Shown here: one piece after another, positions 39,751-48,663 of the stretch
Numbering within the stretch: the stretch's first letter is position 1
How the letters are laid out: each line of letters opens with the position of its first letter
Assembly (NCBI GenBank): GCA_044446485.1
Contig: JBIOEX010000003.1
Location: 18,217 to 82,216, forward strand
Reading direction: 5' to 3'
Length of the DNA: 64,000 nt
From: Solirubrobacterales bacterium
GTDB taxonomy: Bacteria > Actinomycetota > Thermoleophilia > Solirubrobacterales > Solirubrobacteraceae
Made by a program: the position numbers and the translations under genes
Notes under the pieces: model-generated
Told to the model about the DNA's origin: nothing
Databases searched by the model: none
The model's input: only the letters and a program-made list of their open reading frames with translations

Positions 39751-40767
39751 GTGCCCGCCCGGCGTCCTCCGCGCGTTCTACATGCTCCGGACGAGATCGC
39801 GGGACAGATGATGCTTTCCGTGCTCGGGCTGCGCGAGCTGGGGGTTCAGGCGACCGGGCTGGCTCGCGAGCACCCGTTTGGCTACGCCACGCAGCCGGAC
39901 ATCGTGCCGCCACACGGTCGCGCCGGATACCTGCGCGCGGTGGCGCGAGCCGTTCGCGAGCACGACCTGATCCATCTCTACTACGGCAACAGCTTCCTGC
40001 GTCGGCAGATCGACGCCCCATGGATCGCGCGCGCCGGAAAGCGAGTCGCGGTCGAGTTCCTCGGCAGCGACGTGCGCATGCCCTCGGTGGAAGCCGAACG
40101 CAACCCTCACTACGTGCGGATCGAGGGCGAGGACGACTCCGAGGCGACCCGCCTGATGAAAATCTGGAGCGCCGTGACTAATGGGCACGTGATCGTCTGT
40201 GACCACGGCCTGGATGCGTTCCTGGCGCCTCACTTCCCCCACATCCACACCGTCGGCCAGCGCGTCGATCTGCGTGGGCTGGTGCCGACGCCCCCGGACC
40301 CCGAGGGACGCCGGATGCGGGTGGTCCACTCGCCCACCGACATCGCCGCGAAGGGCACCGAGTTTGTACGACGCGCCACCGCCGAGCTCGCCGCGGCGGG
40401 AGCGCCGATTGACTACGTCGAGGTCACCGGCCTCTCGCACCCCCAGGCACTGGAGGTCTATCGCAGCGCCGACCTCGTAGTGGACCAGCTATGTGCGGGC
40501 AGCCACGGCGTGTTCGCGGCCGAGGCGATGAGCCTCGCCAAGCCGGTGGTCTGCTACCTGCTCCCCGAGCTCCAGCAGACCTATCCCGACGGGCTGCCGA
40601 TCATCAACGCGAACCCGAACACGCTCAAGCAGGTGCTTGCCGATTGGGTCGAGCGCCCGCGCGAGCGCCACGAGCGTGGGCTTGCCTCACGCTCCTACGC
40701 AGAGCGCGTGCACGACCACCGGATGGTTGCAAGACGCTTGTTGGAGGTCTATGAGACGCTTCCCTGA
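39751..40767 (+). CDS. GT-B glycosyltransferase
   Basis: GSDVR, HSPT..KGT, ADLVVDQL, EAMSLAKPV; TATCCT 7 nt before GTG 39751. Confidence 0.82.
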   Translation: MPARRPPRVLHAPDEIAGQMMLSVLGLRELGVQATGLAREHPFGYATQPDIVPPHGRAGYLRAVARAVREHDLIHLYYGNSFLRRQIDAPWIARAGKRVAVEFLGSDVRMPSVEAERNPHYVRIEGEDDSEATRLMKIWSAVTNGHVIVCDHGLDAFLAPHFPHIHTVGQRVDLRGLVPTPPDPEGRRMRVVHSPTDIAAKGTEFVRRATAELAAAGAPIDYVEVTGLSHPQALEVYRSADLVVDQLCAGSHGVFAAEAMSLAKPVVCYLLPELQQTYPDGLPIINANPNTLKQVLADWVERPRERHERGLASRSYAERVHDHRMVARRLLEVYETLP

Positions 40768-42218
40768 GCCCATGCCAGCGACCGGCGCAGCCGACTCCAG
40801 AACAATCTCATCTCGGCCGGGCGCACGAGCAGCGTCGCGATCATCATGGCCCCGAGGCTCGAGAGGATTGCTTTCGCGGTGAGTGGCCAGGCCGAGAGCG
40901 CGTGGCCACCGCCGGTCGGGATCACTGCGCGTCCCAGCAGCAGGACCCCGATGGCAACCGCCAGTGCAGCGCCGAGACGCATCCATTCATGCCCCACCGC
41001 GTAGTGGCGCTGGCTGAAGTGCATGGTCAGCACGAAGAACCACACCGAGGAGACGGCGGTCGCGATCCCGGCGCCCCGGATTCCCAGTGCCGGCACGAGC
41101 GCCAGCGCCAGGCCGAGGTTCAGCACGCCCGCCGATAGGCTGATTAGCGCGAACGTACCTGTCCGCTTGGCGATCGTCAGGCCGGGAGCGAAGATATAGA
41201 CACCGAACAGCAACGCCGACATGAACAGGTATGGCACGAGGATGTCCGCACGAGCGTAGGCGGCCGAAGCGAGCAGGTGGACCTCGGTGTCGGCGAACAG
41301 CGATACCACGAGAAAGGCGATCAAAGCGGCAGCGCTGAACAGGCGGAAGATGCGCTCAAGCTCACCACGGGTGCCCGGCAGCTCATGGCGCGCGAGGATC
41401 AGCGGCGTGGCGGCGCCCTGGAAGCCGGCGAGCAGAAGCGCCACGACTGTAGCGATGCGAAATGCGACGCCGTAGACGCCGACATCGGCGAGTGAGCGGC
41501 TGTGCTGAAGCACGAGCCGATCAGCGAAGCCGTTGAGGTACACACCGATGCTAGAGGGCACGAGCGGCAGCGAGAAAGCGAGCATGACCCCGAGCTTGTG
41601 GCGATCGAAGCGCAGGGCATAGGCGTCCCCGGAGAGTCCGAAGACGACGAGCCCCGCGGCGAGCGCGCCAGCGAGCTGGCTGATCAGCGCGCCGATCACC
41701 CCCACGCCGAAGCCGAACACAAGCACCACGGTCGCCGCGGCAGTGACAGCGGCCGTGGTGACCGCAACGAGCCCATAGGCGCGGGGCCGCATGCGCCAGC
41801 GCAGCTGGTCCTGAGCCAGATACACGATCCCGCTTGCCCAGATCCACACAATCGCGACTCGGGTGATCCACGGATCGACGTCATGAGCGAGCAGAACATG
41901 AGTCAGCGGCGTTGCTAATGCAAGGGCGATCGCAGCGAAGACGGTGTAGGCGCCGGCCGTGAACAGCAGCGCCGTCGAGGCATAGTCCACGCGCTCGCGC
42001 TCGGATGCCTCTGCGAAGTGACGCCCGAGTCCCTGGTTGACCTCGAGCGCAACGGTCAGGTTGGCGAGTATCGCCACCAGCGTGAGAATGTCGATGACGC
42101 CGTACTGTTGCGGCGAGAAGTGGTGCGCCAGGAAGGGAAACAGCAGCAGGCCGATGCCCTGGCTGAGCAGCGCAGCCACTCCGTACACAGCGCTGTCGGC
42201 AAGGAATCTACGGATCAC
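40749..42218 (-). CDS. wzx: Wzx-type oligosaccharide flippase
   Basis: ~13-14 TM segments, FSLPLVP, ADRLVL, VGVYGVA, GIRGAGIA. Confidence 0.88.
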   Translation of the reverse strand: MIRRFLADSAVYGVAALLSQGIGLLLFPFLAHHFSPQQYGVIDILTLVAILANLTVALEVNQGLGRHFAEASERERVDYASTALLFTAGAYTVFAAIALALATPLTHVLLAHDVDPWITRVAIVWIWASGIVYLAQDQLRWRMRPRAYGLVAVTTAAVTAAATVVLVFGFGVGVIGALISQLAGALAAGLVVFGLSGDAYALRFDRHKLGVMLAFSLPLVPSSIGVYLNGFADRLVLQHSRSLADVGVYGVAFRIATVVALLLAGFQGAATPLILARHELPGTRGELERIFRLFSAAALIAFLVVSLFADTEVHLLASAAYARADILVPYLFMSALLFGVYIFAPGLTIAKRTGTFALISLSAGVLNLGLALALVPALGIRGAGIATAVSSVWFFVLTMHFSQRHYAVGHEWMRLGAALAVAIGVLLLGRAVIPTGGGHALSAWPLTAKAILSSLGAMMIATLLVRPAEMRLFWSRLRRSLAWAQGSVS

Positions 42219-42279
42219 TTTGAGCCGACTTTAGTCTCGTTGGCCGCCGGCACGCCCGATCGCTAATGTTTCCGCCTTC

Positions 42280-43320
42280 ATGGTTAGGAGCAACTCCGCG
42301 CAACTCCGCGCCGTGGTGGCCGGGCTCGGAGTCATGGGCTCCAACCACTGCCGCGTACTCTCGAGCCTCGTCGGCGTGGAGCTCGCCGCCGCGGTCGATC
42401 CGGACACCAACCGCCGCGCGGCGGTTGCCGAAACGCACCCGGCTGTGCGAACACACGCATCGCTCGAGCAGGCCCTGGCCACAGAGGACCTCGACATAGC
42501 CTGTATCGCTACGCCGGTCGACAGTCTCGCTGAATCCACGCTGCAGGCACTTAGAGGCGGCCTGCATGTGCTCGTGGAGAAGCCGACGGCACGAACCGAG
42601 CAGGACGCGCTGGCCATGGCACAGGAGGCAGACGAGCGGCAGCTGGTGCTCGGAGTCGGGCACGTCGAGCGCTTCAATCCCGCGGTGATGCTGCTCAAGA
42701 CGAAGCTCGAGGACGACATGATCGGGCGGGTGCTGCAGATGCACGCCCGTCGGCTGAGCCCATTTCCGAACCGTGCGTCGATGATGGGAGTGGGACTCGA
42801 CTTGGCGACACACGACATCGACGTGATGCGCTACCTCAGCGGCAGTGAGGTGTCGCGTGTGTACGCCGAGACCGCCCAGCGAGTACATGACACCGCCGAG
42901 GACCTGCTGTGCGCGACGCTCCGTTTCGACAACGACTCGACCGGACTGCTGGAGGTGAACTGGATCACACCGGCCAAGGTCCGCGAGCTATCCGTAACAG
43001 GGGAGCGCGGAATGTTCGTCCTCAACTACCTGACGCAAGAGCTCCTCTTCTATGAGCACCCGACAAAGGGAACCGAATGGGATGCGCTGTCGGGCATCCG
43101 CGGCGGAGGCGAGGGCGACATGATTCGTTTCGCCCTAGAGCGCCGCGAGCCCTTGCGCGTGGAGTGGGAGAAGTTCCTGCAGGCCGTACGCGACGGAAGC
43201 CCGCCACCCGTCAGCGTGTATGACGGCCTCGCTGCGCTGTCTACCGCGACGGCGATCCAGCGGGCCGGCGCACAGCACGAGGTGCTGGCGCCGGGTTACC
43301 GGGAGACGCCGGTTGCCTGA
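42280..43320 (+). CDS. Gfo/Idh/MocA oxidoreductase (WbpB-like sugar-nucleotide 3-dehydrogenase)
   Basis: GLGVMG, VLVEKP, VGHVERFNPAV, DLATHDID. Confidence 0.9.
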   Translation: MVRSNSAQLRAVVAGLGVMGSNHCRVLSSLVGVELAAAVDPDTNRRAAVAETHPAVRTHASLEQALATEDLDIACIATPVDSLAESTLQALRGGLHVLVEKPTARTEQDALAMAQEADERQLVLGVGHVERFNPAVMLLKTKLEDDMIGRVLQMHARRLSPFPNRASMMGVGLDLATHDIDVMRYLSGSEVSRVYAETAQRVHDTAEDLLCATLRFDNDSTGLLEVNWITPAKVRELSVTGERGMFVLNYLTQELLFYEHPTKGTEWDALSGIRGGGEGDMIRFALERREPLRVEWEKFLQAVRDGSPPPVSVYDGLAALSTATAIQRAGAQHEVLAPGYRETPVA

Positions 43321-44287
43321 ATCGCTTCTTGCAGGCTCAAGCGCGATCGTCACAGGCGGGGCCGGCTTTATCGGCAGCCACCTCGTCGACGGTCTGCTCG
43401 CGGCGGGTGTAGAGCAGTTGCGCGTCGTCGATGACCTGTCTCTCGGCAGGCGTGAGAACCTGCAGGCAGCAATCGCCGCCGGTGTGTGCTTTGAGCAACT
43501 CGATTGCTGCGAGATCGACGCGTTGCGCGATGCGCTGGCGGGCGATGCGTTTGATTACTGCTTCAACCTCGCCGTCATCCCATTACCGGCATCGCTCGTG
43601 GACCCGCGTGCCAATGTCGACCGGAACGTCGCGATGACCACCGCCGTGTGCGAGCTTGGGCGCGAGGGCCGCTTCAGGCGCCTCATCCAATACTCCTCCT
43701 CCGAGGTCTACGGCACCGCCCGCACCGCCCCGATGGCGGAGGATCACCCGCTGGTCCCGCACACCCCCTATGCAGCGGCGAAGGCAGCCACCGACCTGGT
43801 GGCAATGAGCTACGCCACGACGTTCGGCCTCGAAGTAGTCACGGTGCGACCATTCAACACGTACGGCGAGCGCCAGAACGACCGTGCCTACGCCGGCATC
43901 ATCCCCGCGGTCATTCGCAACGTGCGAGCAGGCAAGCCGGTGCAGATCTACGGCGATGGCGAACAGACACGGGACATGACCTACGTGGGCGACACCGTAG
44001 CGGGGACGATCGAGGCCGCAGTGCGAGACTCAGCGCTCTCAAAAACAATCAACCTCGGCAGCGGGCAGGAGGCGTCGGTCAATGAGATGGTGCGGCTGCT
44101 CCTCGACGCCATCGGCCATCAGGATCACCCAGTCGAGCACGTCGAGGAGCGCCCGGGCGATGTGCGTCGGCTGCTCGCCGACATCACGCTGGCGCGAACC
44201 GAGCTCGATTACGAGCCGAGCGTGTCGCTGCGCGATGGGCTGCTACGAACGGTGGCCTGGTACGCCGAACAGCACGCGTCTTTCTAA
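43313..44287 (+). CDS. NAD-dependent sugar-nucleotide epimerase/dehydratase
   Basis: TGGAGFIGSH, SSSEVYG, YAAAK, RPFNTYG; TTG overlaps upstream stop. Confidence 0.9.
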   Translation: MPESLLAGSSAIVTGGAGFIGSHLVDGLLAAGVEQLRVVDDLSLGRRENLQAAIAAGVCFEQLDCCEIDALRDALAGDAFDYCFNLAVIPLPASLVDPRANVDRNVAMTTAVCELGREGRFRRLIQYSSSEVYGTARTAPMAEDHPLVPHTPYAAAKAATDLVAMSYATTFGLEVVTVRPFNTYGERQNDRAYAGIIPAVIRNVRAGKPVQIYGDGEQTRDMTYVGDTVAGTIEAAVRDSALSKTINLGSGQEASVNEMVRLLLDAIGHQDHPVEHVEERPGDVRRLLADITLARTELDYEPSVSLRDGLLRTVAWYAEQHASF

Positions 44288-45204
44288 CGGTAATACGCAT
44301 GCGGATTGCTGGCCATCCATTTGATGGCGTAGCTAGATGCCTGAGGATTCGGGCTGAGGCGGCTCAGCTCACACAGAATCTGTGCGTTGAGCGTATGTGC
44401 GGCGGGGTCATAGATGCGTGGCGCGCCCGGGTAGGAGAGGTAAGTGAGGCCATAGAGAGGTTTCCCGATGCCATCGTCAAAGAGCGGCAGTGCCCAGTAG
44501 AGCGAGCGCAATCCTTCCCGAAAAAGTTCCTGAGCACGCCGGTCGTAAGGTGCGACATCCGCCAGCCCAAGCAGCGCGATGTTGAAGTCCTCGAGGATCA
44601 GCGATGGCGGGGTGAGTGGAAAACCATCGAAAAAGACGTGCCCTTTGAACACCACACGGACCCCGTGCAGGCGTACATCACGGTCGAATGGCGCAACAGC
44701 GCGCCTGGCAGCATTGAGGTATTGGCGATCACCGGTCGCGCGGTAGATGCGCGTCAGCAGAGATATCGAGTCTCCCTGTGCTTGCGCGGCCACCCAACCC
44801 GGTGAGAGGTGGGCGTCGATTCCGATCGCGGCCAGCGAGAATGTCACGGTGTACCGCCAACCGCCATCGCGAGGCTGATGGGAGACCAGCCAGTCAGCGG
44901 CGTGGCGCGCCAGCGCAAGTGAATGTGGAATACGCTGAGTTTGCCATCGCGCCCAAGCTTGCAGGCCATACGTCGCGATGTTGTCGATGTTCCAGTAATA
45001 GTGTCCCGATTCGTCGAGCTGCAGCGGTAGCCCGCCCTTTGGCTTAACTCCGGGCCACCGCATTACCGGCTCGGAATGAGTCAACAATGGATGTGGGCCG
45101 TTGGGCCGATACGCCGCGCACAACCGCTCCGCGATCGCGGGTGTGACGGACATCGCGCCGGTCAGAGCACAGAGTGAGACTGCCACCACGATCTTGCCGC
45201 GCAT
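44284..45204 (-). CDS. Secreted D-glucuronyl C5-epimerase-family homolog (divergent active site)
   Basis: Signal peptide; IATYGL, GWVAAQAQGDSISLLTRIYRATGD..YL, ALLGLAD, LPLFD match the C5-epim_C pattern. Confidence 0.75.
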   Translation of the reverse strand: MRGKIVVAVSLCALTGAMSVTPAIAERLCAAYRPNGPHPLLTHSEPVMRWPGVKPKGGLPLQLDESGHYYWNIDNIATYGLQAWARWQTQRIPHSLALARHAADWLVSHQPRDGGWRYTVTFSLAAIGIDAHLSPGWVAAQAQGDSISLLTRIYRATGDRQYLNAARRAVAPFDRDVRLHGVRVVFKGHVFFDGFPLTPPSLILEDFNIALLGLADVAPYDRRAQELFREGLRSLYWALPLFDDGIGKPLYGLTYLSYPGAPRIYDPAAHTLNAQILCELSRLSPNPQASSYAIKWMASNPHAYYR

Positions 45205-45332
45205 TCTCGAAGCGTATCCACGAGCGTCGCGGGCACTGGCGGCGCCAGTTCCAAGCGGGCGAGGAATGGCAAGCACGCGACCAATCGCAGCGAGCGCGTC
45301 CTCGCCGAAGCGAGGATCGGCAAGCCTCAGCG

Positions 45333-45857
45333 TCAGCTCCCGGCACCCTCGCGGTAGCGCAGGAGTCGTGCGGGAGTCCCAGCGATAACCGCGCCCGCAG
45401 AGAAGTCACCGTTCACAACCGAGCCGGCGCCCACCTGCACGCCATCGGCCAGCTTGGCGCCAGGCAACAGGATCGCGCCGACACCGATGTCACAGCCCGC
45501 ACCGATGACCACGGGGGCAAACTCGAGCTCAGCGTCAGTGATCGGCGCTGAGAACGGTGTCTCACGATGGGTCGAGGTGAGAATGACCGTGCGAGGACCG
45601 ATGCCTGTGCACGCGCCGATATGGACTCCCCCGGCGCTGTTGATGTAGCAATCCTGACCCACCCAGACACCGTCGCCGAGTACGAGCTCACCACGCGTGT
45701 CCCCCTTTAGCATCGCGCGATGGCCCACATACACATTGCTGCCGACTCGCACATGCCCCGGATTGAAGACGAGTACGCCTTCCTCAAACACCGTGCCATC
45801 TCCGCAGGCCGCCAGCTCCCCGGGCTCGAAGCGTCCTGTTCCATGCGACTGCGCCAT
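45333..45857 (-). CDS. Hexapeptide-repeat acyltransferase (WbpD/maltose-acetyltransferase-like)
   Basis: Left-handed beta-helix repeats, ILTSTH, VGAGSVV, AGTPAR. Confidence 0.87.
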   Translation of the reverse strand: MAQSHGTGRFEPGELAACGDGTVFEEGVLVFNPGHVRVGSNVYVGHRAMLKGDTRGELVLGDGVWVGQDCYINSAGGVHIGACTGIGPRTVILTSTHRETPFSAPITDAELEFAPVVIGAGCDIGVGAILLPGAKLADGVQVGAGSVVNGDFSAGAVIAGTPARLLRYREGAGS

Positions 45858-45972
45858 GCGACGAAGGCTATTGCGGCGGCGGCCTTCGCGCAGTCCGCGA
45901 TCGGCGAATCTCGCCGGCCACCTTCTCGCGGCTTCCACGCGCCCGGTCTGAGCCGCCGCTAGCATGCCCGCG

Positions 45973-46968
45973 ATGAGCGACCCTCTTCGCGTCGGTGTTG
46001 TCGGTCTCGGCTACTGGGGCCCGAACCTCGCGCGCAACTTCCACGGTTTGCCGGGTGCCGAGCTCGTCTGGTGCTGCGACGCCTCCGAGGCGGCGCGGGA
46101 GCGGGTTGCGCCGATGACGCCGGGCGCGAAGATGACCGGCCGCTTCGAGGATCTGATCGAGGATCAGACGCTCGATGCGATCGTGCTCGCAACGCCTGTG
46201 CCCACGCACGCCGAGCTCGCCGTGCGGGTGTTGGAGGCCGGCAAGCACTGCTTCGTGGAGAAGCCTCTCGCTCAGTCGGTCGCCGACGCCGAGCGTGCCG
46301 TCGCGGCGGCCGAGCGTGCCGGGCGCACGCTGATGGTGGGCCACCTGCTCGAGTACCACCCGGGCGTACAGAAGCTCAAGCAGCTCGTAGATGATGGCGA
46401 GCTCGGCGACATCCACTACGTGTACGGCAACCGCCTGAACCTGGGCAAGATACGCGCCGACGAGAACGCGCTCTGGAGCCTCGGCGCCCATGACATCTCG
46501 GTTCTGCTGCACCTAGTGGGGGAGGAGCCGGTCGAGGTCAGCGCCCGCGGCGAGTCCTACCTGCGCCCGCCCGTGGAGGACGTCGTCTTCTGCTTTCTGC
46601 GCTTCCCCTCGGGCATATCCGCCCACCTGCACCTGTCCTGGCTGGACCCCCACAAGGAGCGCCGTTTCACGGTCGTGGGCTCCAAGCGCATGGCGACCTT
46701 CGACGACATGGCGACGGAGGGGAAGCTGACCGTCTACGACAAGGGCTTTGACGAGAACACCCGCTCCTACGGCGAGTACATCACCCGCAGCGGGGACATC
46801 TTCTCACCGCGCATCGAGAACGGCGAGCCCCTGCGACTGGAGTGCGAACACTTCCTGGCGTCGATCAAAGACGGCACCACGCCGCGCTCGGATGGCCACA
46901 GCGGGCTGCGCGTCGTGCGCGTGCTGCAGGGCTTGCAGGAAGAGCTCGAACGCAGCCGCCGCGTGTGA
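45973..46968 (+). CDS. Gfo/Idh/MocA oxidoreductase
   Basis: GLGYWGPNLARN, FVEKP, MVGH, LGAHD, SWLDPHK; TAGCAT 7 nt before ATG 45973. Confidence 0.9.
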   Translation: MSDPLRVGVVGLGYWGPNLARNFHGLPGAELVWCCDASEAARERVAPMTPGAKMTGRFEDLIEDQTLDAIVLATPVPTHAELAVRVLEAGKHCFVEKPLAQSVADAERAVAAAERAGRTLMVGHLLEYHPGVQKLKQLVDDGELGDIHYVYGNRLNLGKIRADENALWSLGAHDISVLLHLVGEEPVEVSARGESYLRPPVEDVVFCFLRFPSGISAHLHLSWLDPHKERRFTVVGSKRMATFDDMATEGKLTVYDKGFDENTRSYGEYITRSGDIFSPRIENGEPLRLECEHFLASIKDGTTPRSDGHSGLRVVRVLQGLQEELERSRRV

Positions 46969-46974
46969 GCGGTC

Positions 46975-48663
46975 CTAGCGCTCTCTCACCCGCACGACAT
47001 TCGATGCTCCTTCCAGAAACGGGAAGGCGGCTTCGTGCTTGCACAGGACGCGGAACTGGTAGGCGGCCGGGCCGGGAAATTTGAAACGGTAGCTCGCGCG
47101 ATAGCGGCCCTTCGCGTTCGTGCTGATCGTGTCGAACTGGATCCATTCCCCGCCTGAGGATGCCTCCAGCACGAGCTGCTTGCCGCCCGAGGGAATCGGG
47201 GTGCCGTGCAGCACACCACTAAAGAAGATCTTCCGTCCAACGCTCGCCGTGTGAGGCACAACGCGCAAGGTGATCCCGGCATGCACATTCAGCCTGAGCG
47301 TGGACGCCGCGGCAGCGACGGTGTCGTTGACATGGCTGCGATAGCGCAAGCTCAGCGTGCCAGAAGCCATGCTCGCAGCGAGCGTAAACGACCACTGGCC
47401 AGCGGGCCCAGTAGAGACACCGCCGATCCGCCGTGCCGGGGCGCCCTGGTAGGCCGGGGTCTCGTACACGTCGATCGCCGCTCCGGAGATCGGCTGGCCA
47501 GCGAGCGTGGCAAGGGTCCCCGAGATCCGGTTACGCACCCCGTAGCGACTCGTCAGAACCACCCTGCGGGTCCGTATCCAATGCGCGGTGAGCTTGGCCT
47601 GATCAGAGGCATTCGTGCCATTGAGCGCCCCTCGTGTCACGGCGGGGCTACCTGGGCCGATGCTCGTGATCGTGCCGTCATAGGCAGTCGCCTCATCGCC
47701 GGCGGCATCCTTGACCATCACCTGCAGGTGATGCTGCCCTGCGGAGAGCTGCGTAGTGTCGAGCGGGACGCTGATGTTCTCGGTGCTCCTGCATGGCTGG
47801 GGCGCCGCGAAGGCCATCAGGGCGCTGGAGGGCTGCGCGAGGTTCACGCACAGCCCACCGTTGGTGTCGGGTACCTCCTGGAGGGCTTGATGACCGTCGA
47901 TGAGCGCGATCGCGCTGTAGATGCCGCCACCGCTGTCCGAGGCGGTGAAGCTGATCGTGTCGGTCCCTGTGAGAGTGCCGCCAGCGATGAGCGAGCCCGA
48001 GACGTTCGCCACCGAGGGGACCGTTGAGTCCAGGAGGGTGAAGGTCCCGCCGCTCACCAGGGCCTGCGCCTCGGGGTTCGCCGAGCCGGGGCAGGGGTAG
48101 CTGAGGTCCTGTCCGGGGTCGCAGCCGACGCCGGCGTTCACGTAGTTCACGCCGCTCAGTCCGCTGGCGCCCACGGTCACCGTGGCGGCGCCATTCCCAA
48201 GGTTGCGATAGTCGTAGTTCGGGTCGCTTTGGCCGGTGTGGTTGACCCATACCTGACCGAACCCGTTCGCACACTGTCCATTGACGACCGCGCATCCGCC
48301 GCCAAACGCGTACAGGTGCAAGCTGTAGCTAAGGATCGTAAGTCCCGAAGGCACGGCGTAGCTCATCGTGTCGCCGTTGCCGTTGAAGTAATTGCTCGTC
48401 GGGTTGGGACCCATTGTCAGCCCAAATGATCCCTGGCCGCCACTCGCACAGCTCGCGGCGTAGGTGATGTATTGGCCGTTCGCCGCCGCCACGCCCCATC
48501 CCCGCGTTCCGGCCGCGTTTCCGGCCGGGTCGTGACAGGTCACGGCCGTGAACGTGCCCGCCGCCGCCGGCGAGGAAGACAGGATGAGAAGGCAGACAGC
48601 ACCAGCCATGAACCCCATGATCACGGGGGCACACCGGCCTGCTCGAGCTCGCCGGGCCCTCAC
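46975..48663 (-). CDS. Secreted Cys/Gly-rich protein with Ig-like/carboxypeptidase-regulatory-like C-terminal domains (paralog B)
   Basis: Signal-like N-terminus, VKDAAG, NGTNAS, GGKQLVLE, YRFKFPG; GTGA overlap with paralog A. Confidence 0.75.
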   Translation of the reverse strand: MRARRARAGRCAPVIMGFMAGAVCLLILSSSPAAAGTFTAVTCHDPAGNAAGTRGWGVAAANGQYITYAASCASGGQGSFGLTMGPNPTSNYFNGNGDTMSYAVPSGLTILSYSLHLYAFGGGCAVVNGQCANGFGQVWVNHTGQSDPNYDYRNLGNGAATVTVGASGLSGVNYVNAGVGCDPGQDLSYPCPGSANPEAQALVSGGTFTLLDSTVPSVANVSGSLIAGGTLTGTDTISFTASDSGGGIYSAIALIDGHQALQEVPDTNGGLCVNLAQPSSALMAFAAPQPCRSTENISVPLDTTQLSAGQHHLQVMVKDAAGDEATAYDGTITSIGPGSPAVTRGALNGTNASDQAKLTAHWIRTRRVVLTSRYGVRNRISGTLATLAGQPISGAAIDVYETPAYQGAPARRIGGVSTGPAGQWSFTLAASMASGTLSLRYRSHVNDTVAAAASTLRLNVHAGITLRVVPHTASVGRKIFFSGVLHGTPIPSGGKQLVLEASSGGEWIQFDTISTNAKGRYRASYRFKFPGPAAYQFRVLCKHEAAFPFLEGASNVVRVRER

